A stretch of 124,000 nt of DNA from Hyalangium minutum. Its GTDB lineage: Bacteria; Myxococcota; Myxococcia; Myxococcales; Myxococcaceae. Below the pieces are notes generated by a model, which saw only the letters and a list, made by a program, of their open reading frames with translations, had not been told where the DNA came from and did no database searches. The stretch lies in NCBI RefSeq assembly GCF_000737315.1, contig NZ_JMCB01000002.1, forward strand, positions 144,001 through 268,000, in the 5' to 3' direction. Position 1 is the stretch's first letter; every line of letters starts with the position of its first letter. Position numbers and translations under genes: made by a program. Below, piece after piece: positions 83,936-94,310 of the stretch.

Positions 83936-84519
83936 GGCGTTCTCCTCGAAGGCCGCAGGTAGTCGATCTGGTAGCCCTGAAGCTTGAAGCGGAGCTGGGT
84001 GTCCAGCGGGGTCGCGTCATCGCCGCGGTCACCTGCTGGCTGCTCCTCGCATTGGCTGGGAGGCACGGGCGGCAGCTTGGCGACGGCCAGCCACGCGTAG
84101 CCGAGCGGCTGGCGGAAGAGGCCCACCGCTGCCACGTACTGCGCCTTGGGATCCCGCTGTACCCAGTGCTTCACCACATCGCCGGCCGGGACAACGAACT
84201 CGGCTGTCTGCAGCAGATCCTCTCCCAGCAAGCTCTTGGGGTCGGACCAGAGCTTTTGAAAGCTTGCACGCTCCAACTTGACGCTGTCCTTGATCTGGAG
84301 GAACTGGACCACCGTTGGGAGCGCCCGGCCATAGGCGTCTGGGTTGACGCGCTCCGCCGCCTCGAGCTTGGCAAGGAAAGGAGGAGGTGTATCGCAGGCG
84401 GAGGCCTTGCTCAGAGCGCAGCCAGGGAGGGTTAGTAGCGCGCAGACGGCCGTCGTCCTCTTGAGGGAATACCTCTGGAGAGGAACTCGCCGTGCGTGAT
84501 CACAGCCATGGTTCGACAT
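83932..84519 (-). CDS. tssJ: T6SS lipoprotein TssJ
   Basis: LPGC lipobox, NPDAYGRALPTVVQFLQ, YVAAVGLFR; start uncertain. Confidence 0.85.
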   Translation of the reverse strand: MSNHGCDHARRVPLQRYSLKRTTAVCALLTLPGCALSKASACDTPPPFLAKLEAAERVNPDAYGRALPTVVQFLQIKDSVKLERASFQKLWSDPKSLLGEDLLQTAEFVVPAGDVVKHWVQRDPKAQYVAAVGLFRQPLGYAWLAVAKLPPVPPSQCEEQPAGDRGDDATPLDTQLRFKLQGYQIDYLRPSRRTP

Positions 84520-84769
84520 GCCACCACTCGTCAGGTGAAATGGAGAGAGCCCAGCAGTGGGCGGTATGGGCCCTTGGGAAAAGTTCCCCGACCAACTCAA
84601 CGCGGGGAGGGATAGCCCAATCGCTCACACTTGTGAGTACCACCTAAGTGGTAACCCCATTCACAGGGGCATCAGGTACCACTGCCAAGAAGCAGGATTC
84701 GAGCATCCCCTATCCGATCACGTGGCTGGTAACACCTTATCCAGCCGTGATCTTGCTGCGAGGAGTTGC

Positions 84770-86563
84770 ATGCAACAGAGCAGGCTTGCCCGGACAGTGT
84801 ACGGGATCGCGATCATCCTGGCTTCATCGATGGCGTTCGCTCAGGAGCCGGAGCGGCTGGTCGGCTTTGAACTGGAGCGGCTGGATGTCAATCCTGCCGC
84901 CACAGGCTCGCTGGTGCAGGGGACAGGGGAGCTGATGCCGACCGGAGACTACCGTTTCTCCGCGATCAGCCATTACCAGCACAACCCGCTGATGTTCTCG
85001 CGTAGGGGGCAGGTGCTGCCCATCGTGGGGAGCCGTACCACTCTGCTCTTGGCGGCGGCATACGCACCGTTCTCATGGCTTGAGATGGGTGTGCAGCTCC
85101 CGCTGGTAGCGTTCCAGACGGGGGCTGATCTGAAGGAAGAGGGGATCGATCGGCTCTCCTCCTTCGGGCTCGGCACCCCTCTGGTGAGCGCAAGGATGAG
85201 GCTGTTCTCCCAACTGGATGGCGCCCTGGGCGATCTGGCGCTGGAGATGGGCGTGGGGGCACCGGTCGGCGGTTCTCACGGGCTGACTCGGGATGCGGGG
85301 CCGCGCTATGCGCCGCGGCTCATGATCGGCCGGCGGTTCGGCTGGTTCAGGGTGGCGCTGGACTCGAGGATGGTGGTGCGTCCGGAGATTAAACCCTACG
85401 CGGATCGGGAGTTTGTCCGTGGTCCCATGGGGAACGAGGCTCAGGTGGGGCTCGTGCTGGCGACGGTGGGCCAGCGTATGCGCTGGGAGTTGGACGTACG
85501 GGGCACGGTTCCGCTCGTGGAGCAGCCCAGCTCTGTGGAGCTCTTGCTGGGGCCTCGATACCTGGTCAATCCAGCGGTGGAGGTGTTTGCACTGGCCGGT
85601 GTAGGAGGGGGTTCGGCGCCCGGTATCCCTCTGTTCCGAGTGATGCTGGGAGCGGCGTTCGGCAAGGTCATCCCGCCCCGCTTGTCAGATGAATCGGCGG
85701 TGAACTGCTCTCCGGCACTGGACCACACCGTGGAGGAGTGCCCGGACCTGGATGAGGACGAGGACGGCGTTCCCAACGGGGTGGACCAGTGTGATGACGA
85801 GGCGGGGCCCGCGGATCGTTTGGGCTGCCCTCGGAAGGACAGCGACAACGATGGCATTGAGGACAAGCTCGACGCGTGCCCAGAAGTACTAGGAGTGGCG
85901 GCTTGGCAGGGCTGTCCGATGCCGGACCAGGACAAGGATGGGATTGAGGACGAGAGAGACGTGTGTCCATCCGAGCCCGGGCCCGAGAAATCGCGCGGGT
86001 GTCCGCTCAAAGACCGGGACCAAGATGGCGTCGAGGACGATGTGGACCAGTGCCCGGATCTGGCGGGGCCTGAGGAACGTCAGGGCTGCCCAGAGTCGGA
86101 TCTGGACAAGGACAACATCGCCAACGTGTTGGACACCTGCGCGAAGGAGGCAGGCCCTGAGAGCAACCAAGGGTGCCCCGCGCATGAAGTGCCGCGGGTG
86201 AAGCTGACGCGGAAACAGATCGAACTGACGGAGAAGATCCTCTTCATCCCAGGGCAGCCACGAATCCGGCCCGAGTCTTTCGAGGTTCTCCGTTGGGTCT
86301 CGAAGGTGATCCTCGAGCACCCAGACCTGCCGATGATCGTGGTCGGCGCGCACACGGACGACCGGGGGAACGCGCTCGACAACCTGCGGCTGACGCAGGG
86401 CCGGGCGGACGCTGTCAGAGAGTTCCTTATCGAGCGTGGGGTCGCACCCGAGCGGCTCCAAGCCAAGGGCTACGGACAGGAGCGGCCCGTTGCCAGTAAT
86501 GCCACGTCCATCGGACGTGAGAACAACCGACGCATCGAATTCACCATCGTTATCTCGCAGTAG
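84770..86563 (+). CDS. Outer-membrane beta-barrel + thrombospondin type 3 repeats + OmpA domain protein (TraB-like)
   Basis: Signal peptide; repeated DxDxDG(I/V)xDxxDxCP; GAHTDDRG...LTQGRADAV...GYGQERP...NRRIEF. Confidence 0.9.
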   Translation: MQQSRLARTVYGIAIILASSMAFAQEPERLVGFELERLDVNPAATGSLVQGTGELMPTGDYRFSAISHYQHNPLMFSRRGQVLPIVGSRTTLLLAAAYAPFSWLEMGVQLPLVAFQTGADLKEEGIDRLSSFGLGTPLVSARMRLFSQLDGALGDLALEMGVGAPVGGSHGLTRDAGPRYAPRLMIGRRFGWFRVALDSRMVVRPEIKPYADREFVRGPMGNEAQVGLVLATVGQRMRWELDVRGTVPLVEQPSSVELLLGPRYLVNPAVEVFALAGVGGGSAPGIPLFRVMLGAAFGKVIPPRLSDESAVNCSPALDHTVEECPDLDEDEDGVPNGVDQCDDEAGPADRLGCPRKDSDNDGIEDKLDACPEVLGVAAWQGCPMPDQDKDGIEDERDVCPSEPGPEKSRGCPLKDRDQDGVEDDVDQCPDLAGPEERQGCPESDLDKDNIANVLDTCAKEAGPESNQGCPAHEVPRVKLTRKQIELTEKILFIPGQPRIRPESFEVLRWVSKVILEHPDLPMIVVGAHTDDRGNALDNLRLTQGRADAVREFLIERGVAPERLQAKGYGQERPVASNATSIGRENNRRIEFTIVISQ

Positions 86564-86594
86564 GTGGAGCTGACAGAGTTACAGGGGGAACCCC

Positions 86595-89500
86595 ATGAGA
86601 AGATCATGCAGCCTGATGTCGCTGGTGGCCCTGGTGTTCTGGGCCTCCACGTCCGCGGCCGAGCCCGACACATTGGGCCTGGGAACCGGACGTGATGGAG
86701 CGCTGATCGTCACGGAGCCGCGAACCGTCATCAATCGCTATGCACAGGTCACGGTACCTCTTGCGACGGGAGACACCGTGCTGTTCGTCTCATCGACAGA
86801 AGGGTTCGCGGCGGGCGACCTGATCATGGTGTTGCAGACGACGGGCATTGTCCCGGAGCCGGCTCAAGGCGCGCCTGGGCCCATCTCGTTGAGCACGGAT
86901 CCTGTGGGCAGGTGGGAACTGGCGCGGGTGAGCTTCGCCGAACGTCAGGAGCTGAAGTTGGGAGCCCCGCTCCTGTACTCCTACGCGGGACTTGTGACCC
87001 AGGTGATCCGCATCCCAGAGTACACGGATGTGAAGGTTGTAGCAGGGGCGAGCCTCGTCGCGGCGCCGTGGGATGGCAGCCAAGGAGGGGTTCTTGCCTT
87101 CCTGGCCAAGGGGCTCATTCAGAACGAGGGGACGCTTCAAGCCAGCGGCGTAGGATTCCGCGGAGGACTGGTGCTTGAGGAGTTCGCTGGCTTCGCCGGG
87201 TGCGCCGCCTTGCCTGCCTCCGTGCGCCCGGGAGCCGGCAGGGGAGAAGGGATCTCGTCCCTGGACTTCGGTGTGTGGGCCACTGGCCTGGAGAATGCGT
87301 CCAACGGCGGTGGTGGTGGTCTCTGCCCCCGAGCGGGAGGGGGGGGAGGGGGGAATGGTGCGGCAGGAGGTCGGGGAGGCGACTCCCTGGTCTATGGCGA
87401 CTCGGCACGGAATATCGGGGGCAAGGGTGGAGCGGGGCTGGTCTATTCCCTGACGGATCACCTGACGCTGGGAGGAGGCGGTGGCCAGGGGTATGGGGGA
87501 GGGAGGCATTCCCAGGGAGGCGCTGGAGGCGGAGCCATCTTCGTGCGCGGGTATCGCCTGGCTGGGAGCGGATCCATTCTGGCGGATGGTGCCGCTGGTG
87601 ATGATGCAACGCAGGGAGGCGCGGGCGGAGGTGGGGCTGGCGGGAGCGTCTACTTGAGGTTCGTGGACTCTGCGGAGTGTGGTTTCATCTCTGCGAGCGG
87701 CGGCAATGGAGGGAGCAGCTCCGCAGGGATTGCGGAGGATGGAGGCGCTGGAGGCGGAGGCGGAGGCGGACGGCTGCTATATCAAGCGGCGAGCACGGGG
87801 GCTTGTCCCATGTCCGTTGAAGCGGGGCTCGCAGGCGGAGTGGCCGGGACAATTTCTGGAATTGTCACGAATGCACAGCCTGCCGCGAGCCAGCTTGTCG
87901 CGCATCGAGGCATCATCACCCGGCTTGAGACGGAATTCGAGCAGTTCGCGAACTGTACTCTCAACGCGCCTGTGTTCACGACGCCGGTGAACAACGGGTA
88001 TGTTAATGCCCAACTCAAGGTGACAGGGTCTGTGTCAGGGTATGGAAGTAACGCCAAGGTCAGGATTTATGTCGGAAGCGACTTGGCAGGGGATGCCACC
88101 CCTAATAGCGGAACGTGGAGCTATACTTTTGCAGTGGGCGTGCTGGAGGACGCTCGTCAGTATACCATCAAAGCTATAGGGGTTTGTGGTAGCAATTCAG
88201 AGGAGAGTTCTAATGCGACGAGCATCAACGTCACGGTTGACACGGCGGTACCGCAGATTGGATGGGTAACGCGGCCGAGCGATCCTTCTCCTGAGCTCAG
88301 GCCTACCCTCTCTTTCAACACGGGAAACCAGGAAGTTTCCGTGAGGTACACGTGTACGCTGGATGGGAGCGCAGGGTTTGGCTGTGGTGTGGGAACCACT
88401 GGACAAGTGGTTTCATATACAGTCGCAGGCACTTTGCTCGATGGTAGCCGTCACACATTCACTGTTAGGGGAACGGATGAAGCGGATAATCCAACCAACG
88501 GCTCCCTCTCCTACTCTTGGACGGTGATATATCCATCAGATACGGTCATCGATCCTCCTCGCCCACCAGATCCTACCAATGTGACGGCTGCGGCCTTCTC
88601 ATTCCATGCGACAAAGGCGGGCGCTACCTTGGAGTGCAGACTCGATGAGAGCGCATGGGCGGCCTGCACCAGCCCCAAGTCGTACTCCGCTCTGGCGGAC
88701 GGCCGCCACACCTTTGAAGTCAAGGCGATGTTGGGGTCGATCGAAGACACCTCGCCCGCCTCCTATTCTTGGGTGGTGGATACGGAATCTCCGGATACCC
88801 GCATTGAGCAGAAGCCCAATGATCCCACGAACAGTACGAGGGCTACGTTCACGTTCAGTTCGCCGGAAGAGGGGTGCAGTTTCGAGTGCAGCCTGAACGG
88901 TGGAGTCTACACATCTTGTCCAAGTCCATGGACCTCTCCAGAACTGGCGGACAGCCGTCACACGCTTTCGGTCAGGGCCAGGGACGCGGCAGGCAATATC
89001 GATCCCTCGCCTGCCACGTATTCCTGGCTCGTTGACTCGACGCCTCCGAATACCGTGTTTGACCAGAAGCCTACCAATCCCAGCAACGTCACGCGGCCCA
89101 CGTTCGCGTTCAGTGCCTCGGAGACGGGAAGCAGCTTCGTGTGTAGCTTGGATTCGGCGGCGTTTACGCCGTGTACGAGTCCAGTGACGACACCTCTTCT
89201 CGCTGAGGGTAGCCACACCTTCGCGGTGAAGGCCACGGATGCGCTAGGTAATACGGCTGCCTCGGCCACGACCTATACCTGGGTGGTGGACATCACCCCC
89301 CCTGACACAATCCTGGGAGATAAACCCACCAATCCTTCCAACGAACCGAGGCCTAGGTTCACGTTTAGCGCCACCGAGACGGGGAGTACCTTCGAGTGCC
89401 GGATGGATCAGGGACTGTACGTAACCTGTTCCAGCCCATGGACCGCTCCATCCCTCACGGATGGAAGCCATACCTTTGAAGTGAGGGCCACGGATGCCGC

Positions 89501-92192
89501 AGGAAATGTAGACCCTACTCCTGTCAGCTACACCTGGGATGTGGACACAGAGGCGCCGGACACTGCAATCGAGCAGAAGCCCTCCAATCCCAGCAACAGC
89601 GCGCGAGCCACGTTCACCTTCAGTGGGCAGGGAGGCGCCGTAGGCTTCGAGTGCAGCTTGGACTCTGCGCAGTTCGCGCCCTGCACAAGTCCCTGGCAGT
89701 CCCCGCTTCTGGCAGAGGGGAATCACACGTTCGCGGTCAGGGCCAAGGATGCCGCAGGCAACATCGATCCTTCACCTGCCACCTATACCTGGCGAGTGGA
89801 TACGCAGCCACCAGACACATCGATTGATCAAAAGCCTCCTAACCCCGATAACAGGACGAGCGCTACGTTCACCTTTGCGTCCAGTGAGGCTGGGAGCAGC
89901 TTCGAATGCAGCCTCGACGATGGGGAGTACGCGAGCTGCACCAGCCCCTTGACCTACTCGGTTCCAGAGGGAAGCCACATCTTTGCGGTGAGGGCCAAGG
90001 ATGCTGCGGGCAATGTGGACGACTCTCCTGCGACTTATACCTGGCGGGTGGACACTGGCGCTCCAGACACGGCGATCGATCAGAAGCCGCCCAATCCCAG
90101 CAACAATGCGAATCCAACCTTCACGTTCACCTCCACGGAGCCCGGCAGCAGCTTCGAGTGCAGCCTGGACTCAGGGCCGTTCGCAGCATGCGCCAGCCCA
90201 GTGGTCTTCCACGTTTCCGAGGGAAGCCACTCGCTCTCTGTGAGGGCCAAGGATGGGGCGGGCAACGTTGACCCTTCTCCTGCCACCTACCCGTGGGTGG
90301 TGGATCTCACTCCGCCAGACACGGCGATTGAGGCGCCGAGACCGCGCAACCCTACCAATGAGACCAGTGCCACCTTTCGCTTTTCGGGTGCTGGAGCGGA
90401 AGGGAAGTACTATTGCAAACTCGATGAGCAGGTGTACGCAGACTGCTCATCGGGCACTATCACCTACGATGCGCTGAGCCAGCGGGTGCACACTTTCTCT
90501 GTGTATGCCAAGGATGCTGCAGGCAATGATGATCTGCAGAACCCAGCCACTTACATCTGGGAGGTCGATACAGAGCCCCCTGAGACAGTGATCGAGGAGG
90601 CAAGCAAGCCGCCCAATCCCACCAGTCTGCTCAGCGCCACGTTCCGCTTCTCGGGAGCTGGACCTGGCGGACACTACCAGTGCTCGCTCGACTCGCAGTC
90701 GTACGTCGGCTGTGACTCGGGAACCATCACCTTCTCGCCGTTGAGCAATGGTGAGCATTATTTCAAGGTCTTTGCGATTGATGCCGCAGGGAATGCAGAT
90801 GCGAGCCCCGCAGAGTACCGGTGGGTGGTGGACTCGAGCCCGCCTGAGACCGTCATTCTGGAAGTCACGGAGGCGGGTGGCATTGCTGCGAGGAACCCCA
90901 CCAACTCAAGGAGTATGAAGTTCCGCTTCTCGGGAGCGGATGCACCCGGAGGATATCGGTGCCGCCTCGAGTCTCCCACCTCTCCAGGAAACTTCAGCCC
91001 CTGCGGTACAAGATTGGGTACCGGCACTGGGACTGCTGGCATCGAGGAGTATGTGAACTTGGGTGCCGGCCGCCATGTCTTCTCTGTCTATGCAGTCGAT
91101 GCCGCAGGCAATGAGGACCCGAGTGCTGCTACCTATGAGTGGGTGGTGGATCTTCAGCCTCCCGTCACCACCATCACGAATCCAGCGACCAACGCTGCGA
91201 AGCTCTGGCGTACCAATCAGACATCACCTGTCTTCAGGGGTACCTCCGAAATGGGGAGCAGGGTGGTGCTGCAGATCGACGGACTGGGCACGGATACTCA
91301 ACAAATGGGGAGCAGCGGGAATTGGGAACTGACTACCCGACATGTCTTGGCAGAGGGTAAGCACGTCGTGCGTGTGGTCGAAGCGACCGATGCGGTCGGC
91401 AATACGTGGACTCCGTCGAGCACTTCGCCACTGCCTAGCGACTCGGCATTCGAGTTCTGGGTGGATACGACTCCGCCGCAGACCGCGATTACTCAGAAAC
91501 CTCCCGAGATTCACAATTCCATCAGTGTTCTTTTCAATTTCAGTGACCCAACCGAGGAGGACGGGTTGAGTACAACGTTTGAGTGCAAGGTCGTCGCTCA
91601 GCACCTTGAGAAAGAGTTTGAGAGCCCTTGCCTTGGCGAGCAGCCTTACAACCTCGCGAACATCTTCGAGATCGCGAACGACAACATCAAAGCTGTGAAT
91701 GGGACGTATACCATCTTCGTAGCCGCGAGAGATGAAGCGGGAAATCTGGACGAGACTCCTGCTTCCTATGCGTTCACTGTCATTGTTGAGCCGCCTGATG
91801 CTCCTCAGATCAAGAAGCCAGCCAATGGCGATGAAATCTACGACCTGAACCCCAGTGTCTCGGGGAACACCATCCCGAATGGAAGCGTGGAGTTTTTCCT
91901 GGATGGCAAGAGCATGGGGTCCAAGAAGGCGGATGCGGCAGGAGTGTTCACGTTCCGGTTCGCTGACCCCTTGGAAGAGAGAGCCCACGAGCTGCGAGCC
92001 TCGGTAACGGATCTGGCCAGCAATCCAAGCCCTCAATCGCAGCCGATTACCTTCACAGTGTTCGCGCCCAAACCCGTGGCTGAGGCAATTGGGGGTGGAT
92101 TGGGCTGTGCCGCCTCCACCGCGGAGCCGTGGCTCGTGCTCCTGGGACTCTTCGCGGGAGGAGTCTTGCGCTCACGCCACCGCCGGCGCTGA
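86595..92192 (+). CDS. Giant AgmC-like surface protein with Ig-like repeats and MYXO-CTERM
   Basis: AEPDTLGLGTGRDG start, Gly-rich domain, tandem Ig-like repeats, C-terminal GGGLGC...WLVLLGL...RRRR. Confidence 0.88.
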   Translation: MRRSCSLMSLVALVFWASTSAAEPDTLGLGTGRDGALIVTEPRTVINRYAQVTVPLATGDTVLFVSSTEGFAAGDLIMVLQTTGIVPEPAQGAPGPISLSTDPVGRWELARVSFAERQELKLGAPLLYSYAGLVTQVIRIPEYTDVKVVAGASLVAAPWDGSQGGVLAFLAKGLIQNEGTLQASGVGFRGGLVLEEFAGFAGCAALPASVRPGAGRGEGISSLDFGVWATGLENASNGGGGGLCPRAGGGGGGNGAAGGRGGDSLVYGDSARNIGGKGGAGLVYSLTDHLTLGGGGGQGYGGGRHSQGGAGGGAIFVRGYRLAGSGSILADGAAGDDATQGGAGGGGAGGSVYLRFVDSAECGFISASGGNGGSSSAGIAEDGGAGGGGGGGRLLYQAASTGACPMSVEAGLAGGVAGTISGIVTNAQPAASQLVAHRGIITRLETEFEQFANCTLNAPVFTTPVNNGYVNAQLKVTGSVSGYGSNAKVRIYVGSDLAGDATPNSGTWSYTFAVGVLEDARQYTIKAIGVCGSNSEESSNATSINVTVDTAVPQIGWVTRPSDPSPELRPTLSFNTGNQEVSVRYTCTLDGSAGFGCGVGTTGQVVSYTVAGTLLDGSRHTFTVRGTDEADNPTNGSLSYSWTVIYPSDTVIDPPRPPDPTNVTAAAFSFHATKAGATLECRLDESAWAACTSPKSYSALADGRHTFEVKAMLGSIEDTSPASYSWVVDTESPDTRIEQKPNDPTNSTRATFTFSSPEEGCSFECSLNGGVYTSCPSPWTSPELADSRHTLSVRARDAAGNIDPSPATYSWLVDSTPPNTVFDQKPTNPSNVTRPTFAFSASETGSSFVCSLDSAAFTPCTSPVTTPLLAEGSHTFAVKATDALGNTAASATTYTWVVDITPPDTILGDKPTNPSNEPRPRFTFSATETGSTFECRMDQGLYVTCSSPWTAPSLTDGSHTFEVRATDAAGNVDPTPVSYTWDVDTEAPDTAIEQKPSNPSNSARATFTFSGQGGAVGFECSLDSAQFAPCTSPWQSPLLAEGNHTFAVRAKDAAGNIDPSPATYTWRVDTQPPDTSIDQKPPNPDNRTSATFTFASSEAGSSFECSLDDGEYASCTSPLTYSVPEGSHIFAVRAKDAAGNVDDSPATYTWRVDTGAPDTAIDQKPPNPSNNANPTFTFTSTEPGSSFECSLDSGPFAACASPVVFHVSEGSHSLSVRAKDGAGNVDPSPATYPWVVDLTPPDTAIEAPRPRNPTNETSATFRFSGAGAEGKYYCKLDEQVYADCSSGTITYDALSQRVHTFSVYAKDAAGNDDLQNPATYIWEVDTEPPETVIEEASKPPNPTSLLSATFRFSGAGPGGHYQCSLDSQSYVGCDSGTITFSPLSNGEHYFKVFAIDAAGNADASPAEYRWVVDSSPPETVILEVTEAGGIAARNPTNSRSMKFRFSGADAPGGYRCRLESPTSPGNFSPCGTRLGTGTGTAGIEEYVNLGAGRHVFSVYAVDAAGNEDPSAATYEWVVDLQPPVTTITNPATNAAKLWRTNQTSPVFRGTSEMGSRVVLQIDGLGTDTQQMGSSGNWELTTRHVLAEGKHVVRVVEATDAVGNTWTPSSTSPLPSDSAFEFWVDTTPPQTAITQKPPEIHNSISVLFNFSDPTEEDGLSTTFECKVVAQHLEKEFESPCLGEQPYNLANIFEIANDNIKAVNGTYTIFVAARDEAGNLDETPASYAFTVIVEPPDAPQIKKPANGDEIYDLNPSVSGNTIPNGSVEFFLDGKSMGSKKADAAGVFTFRFADPLEERAHELRASVTDLASNPSPQSQPITFTVFAPKPVAEAIGGGLGCAASTAEPWLVLLGLFAGGVLRSRHRRR
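88530..91150 (+). repeat. About ten tandem Ig-like coding repeats (roughly 90-95 aa each)
   Basis: Recurrent PDTxIxQKPxNP.N...TFxF..FECSLD...CxSP...GxHxFxVRAxDAAGN.DxSPAxYxWxVD; boundaries approximate. Confidence 0.85.
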
Positions 92193-92213
92193 GCCAGGCG
92201 GAGACACACGGTC

Positions 92214-94001
92214 ATGCATAGTGAGAAGTATCAGCTGATCCAAAAACTCGCGACCGGCGGCATGGCCGAGGTGTTCCTCGCCAAGTCCGCCGGTCCCATG
92301 GGCTTCGAGAAGTCGCTCGTGGTCAAGCGCATCCTGCCGCACCTGGCCACCGAATCCTCCTTCGTGGACATGTTTTTGTCCGAAGCCCGGCTCGCCGCTC
92401 AGCTCAATCACCCGAACATCGTCCAGATCTTCGATTTCGGCGAGGCGGACGGCACCTACTTCATCGCGATGGAGTACATCGATGGGGTCAACCTGAGAGA
92501 GGTCATCCGGCGCGCTGGCGCAGTGGGCCTCGTTCTACCCCTCGCGTTTTGCGCCCGCGTCATCTCCGCCGCCTGCGAAGGGCTCGCCTTTGCCCACGAC
92601 TGCATCGACCCGGCCACGAACCTGCCGATGAACATCATTCACCGCGACATCAGCCCAGACAACATTCTGCTGTCGCGCCAAGGCTCGGTGAAGGTCGTGG
92701 ACTTCGGCATCGCCAAGGCCGCGGGTGTGAGCCCCCACACCCAGACGGGCGTCCTCAAAGGCAAGCTGGCGTACATGCCGCCTGAGCAGCTGCGCAATGA
92801 GCCCTTGGATCGCCGCGCGGATGTCTACGCGTTGGGCATTGTCCTCTACGAGCTGCTCACAGGGTTCAAGCCCTTCAGGGCTTCCTCCGAGGCCGCTCTG
92901 CTCCAGGCCATCCTCTCCGAGCCTGAGGTCCCCGTCGAACAGCGCCGGTCTGATGTGCCAGAAACCCTCCAACGCATCCTCTCTCGGGCCATCTCCAAGG
93001 ATCGCGAGAAGCGCTACCCTGACTGCCCCTCCTTTCAGGCGGATCTGGAGGCGTTCATCGTCGAGTTCATTGTCTCGACCGGTAAACCCATGGGCGCCTC
93101 GCAGATGGCAGGCATCGTCGCCATGATGGCGACCGCCGAGAGTGTATCCCCTTCGCCTCAGAAGACGACGAGTCTCCCCCGGTCTCCTTCCAAGCTCATT
93201 CAGTCCCAGCCGCAGCCCGAGTCTTCCTCGGCCGCTGCAGTGAGGCCTGTCACCGATCTTGCTCCGCTGCAAGAGGTCCTGCAGCCCGAGGTGCACGGGC
93301 CCAGGGATGAGCGGACTACGGTGGCTCGTCCCTCGAGGCTTTCTCCCAAGGTTCCCCATCCGCACGACAAGGAGACGGCCTGGGTCGCGCTCGTGGGCGT
93401 CCTGTTGATCCTGATAGGGGGCGGGTACCTGAGCCGACGGCTTCTCGCGGGGGGCCCACCTCGGGAACCGGTCTCTCTTGCTCCCGCTGGGCCTACCGTT
93501 TCTGTGTCCGTCATGGCTCCGGGAGAGGCTCACGGAGGTGAGGCCCTTCCTGCGACGACTCCGCAAGCGTCAGATGGGGGGACATCTTCGCCAGCGCTGA
93601 AAGACGTCCTGTCCAGCAGCGGCACGGATGAGCACAGCCAATCGATTGCGTCCGCAGGAATGGACGTCTCCCAACCGCCAGGTCCGGTTTTGCGGGATGC
93701 AGGAGTTGCTGCGTCTGGTAGAGGTTCTTCCTCACGGGGGGAGGTCAAGCCTCCTGAGAAGCCTCGCACTCAGGCTGTTGTCGTGGGACAGGGCTCCCTG
93801 GATCTGCTGGTCGTTCCCGAGGCCATGCTGTTCCTCAATGGATGGCAGATGGGGCTGACCCGGAAGGCTTCCTTCCCGCTCGACGCGGGCAAGTACACCT
93901 TGAAGCTCGTCAACTCAAAGCTTCAAAAGAAAGTAGAGCGGGAGATTCTGGTCACCGCAGGCCAGACCACCCAGATCGACATCAATTTGTTGGAACAGTA
94001 A
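92214..94001 (+). CDS. Membrane-anchored Ser/Thr kinase with C-terminal PEGA-like domain
   Basis: ATGGMAEV, VVKRILPH, HRDISPDN, DFGIAK, TM segment, C-terminal beta domain. Confidence 0.93.
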   Translation: MHSEKYQLIQKLATGGMAEVFLAKSAGPMGFEKSLVVKRILPHLATESSFVDMFLSEARLAAQLNHPNIVQIFDFGEADGTYFIAMEYIDGVNLREVIRRAGAVGLVLPLAFCARVISAACEGLAFAHDCIDPATNLPMNIIHRDISPDNILLSRQGSVKVVDFGIAKAAGVSPHTQTGVLKGKLAYMPPEQLRNEPLDRRADVYALGIVLYELLTGFKPFRASSEAALLQAILSEPEVPVEQRRSDVPETLQRILSRAISKDREKRYPDCPSFQADLEAFIVEFIVSTGKPMGASQMAGIVAMMATAESVSPSPQKTTSLPRSPSKLIQSQPQPESSSAAAVRPVTDLAPLQEVLQPEVHGPRDERTTVARPSRLSPKVPHPHDKETAWVALVGVLLILIGGGYLSRRLLAGGPPREPVSLAPAGPTVSVSVMAPGEAHGGEALPATTPQASDGGTSSPALKDVLSSSGTDEHSQSIASAGMDVSQPPGPVLRDAGVAASGRGSSSRGEVKPPEKPRTQAVVVGQGSLDLLVVPEAMLFLNGWQMGLTRKASFPLDAGKYTLKLVNSKLQKKVEREILVTAGQTTQIDINLLEQ

Positions 94002-94013
94002 GCCGGGCCTGCC

Positions 94014-94220
94014 TCAGGGCTCGTACTTCGGTGTGCTGATGACGACCGCGAACGGGTCCGGCCTCTCTCGCTTCTTCGTGAGGGTCCGGTTCTCCACTGC
94101 GACCTTGTGGTACGGCTCAATGCGCAGCCGCATCCCAAACACCCACCGGTTCTTCTCGGGCTCCGGCGCGGGTTGGCCGAAGGCCATCAGCTTCGTCGAG
94201 GAGTCGCTCATGGCTGACAA
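94014..94220 (-). CDS. Small hypothetical protein
   Basis: 68-aa ORF, GAGGA upstream. Confidence 0.45.
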   Translation of the reverse strand: MSAMSDSSTKLMAFGQPAPEPEKNRWVFGMRLRIEPYHKVAVENRTLTKKRERPDPFAVVISTPKYEP

Positions 94221-94310
94221 CCTAGCACATCTTGAACGAGGATCCTACCCGCAGCGTTGAAAGGCCGCCCACCAGAGCAGGCGGTCTTTCCTGCTGGCAA
94301 AGCCAGAGCG

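Noticed and set aside
88530-91150. CRISPR-like periodicity
   Set aside because: The repeats are ~280-nt degenerate coding Ig repeats, not short identical repeats with spacers
86595-92192. Calling the adhesin/OmpA pair traA/traB
   Set aside because: No recognisable TraA PA14-like or Cys-rich repeat region, and gene order is reversed; kept as AgmC-like and TraB-like
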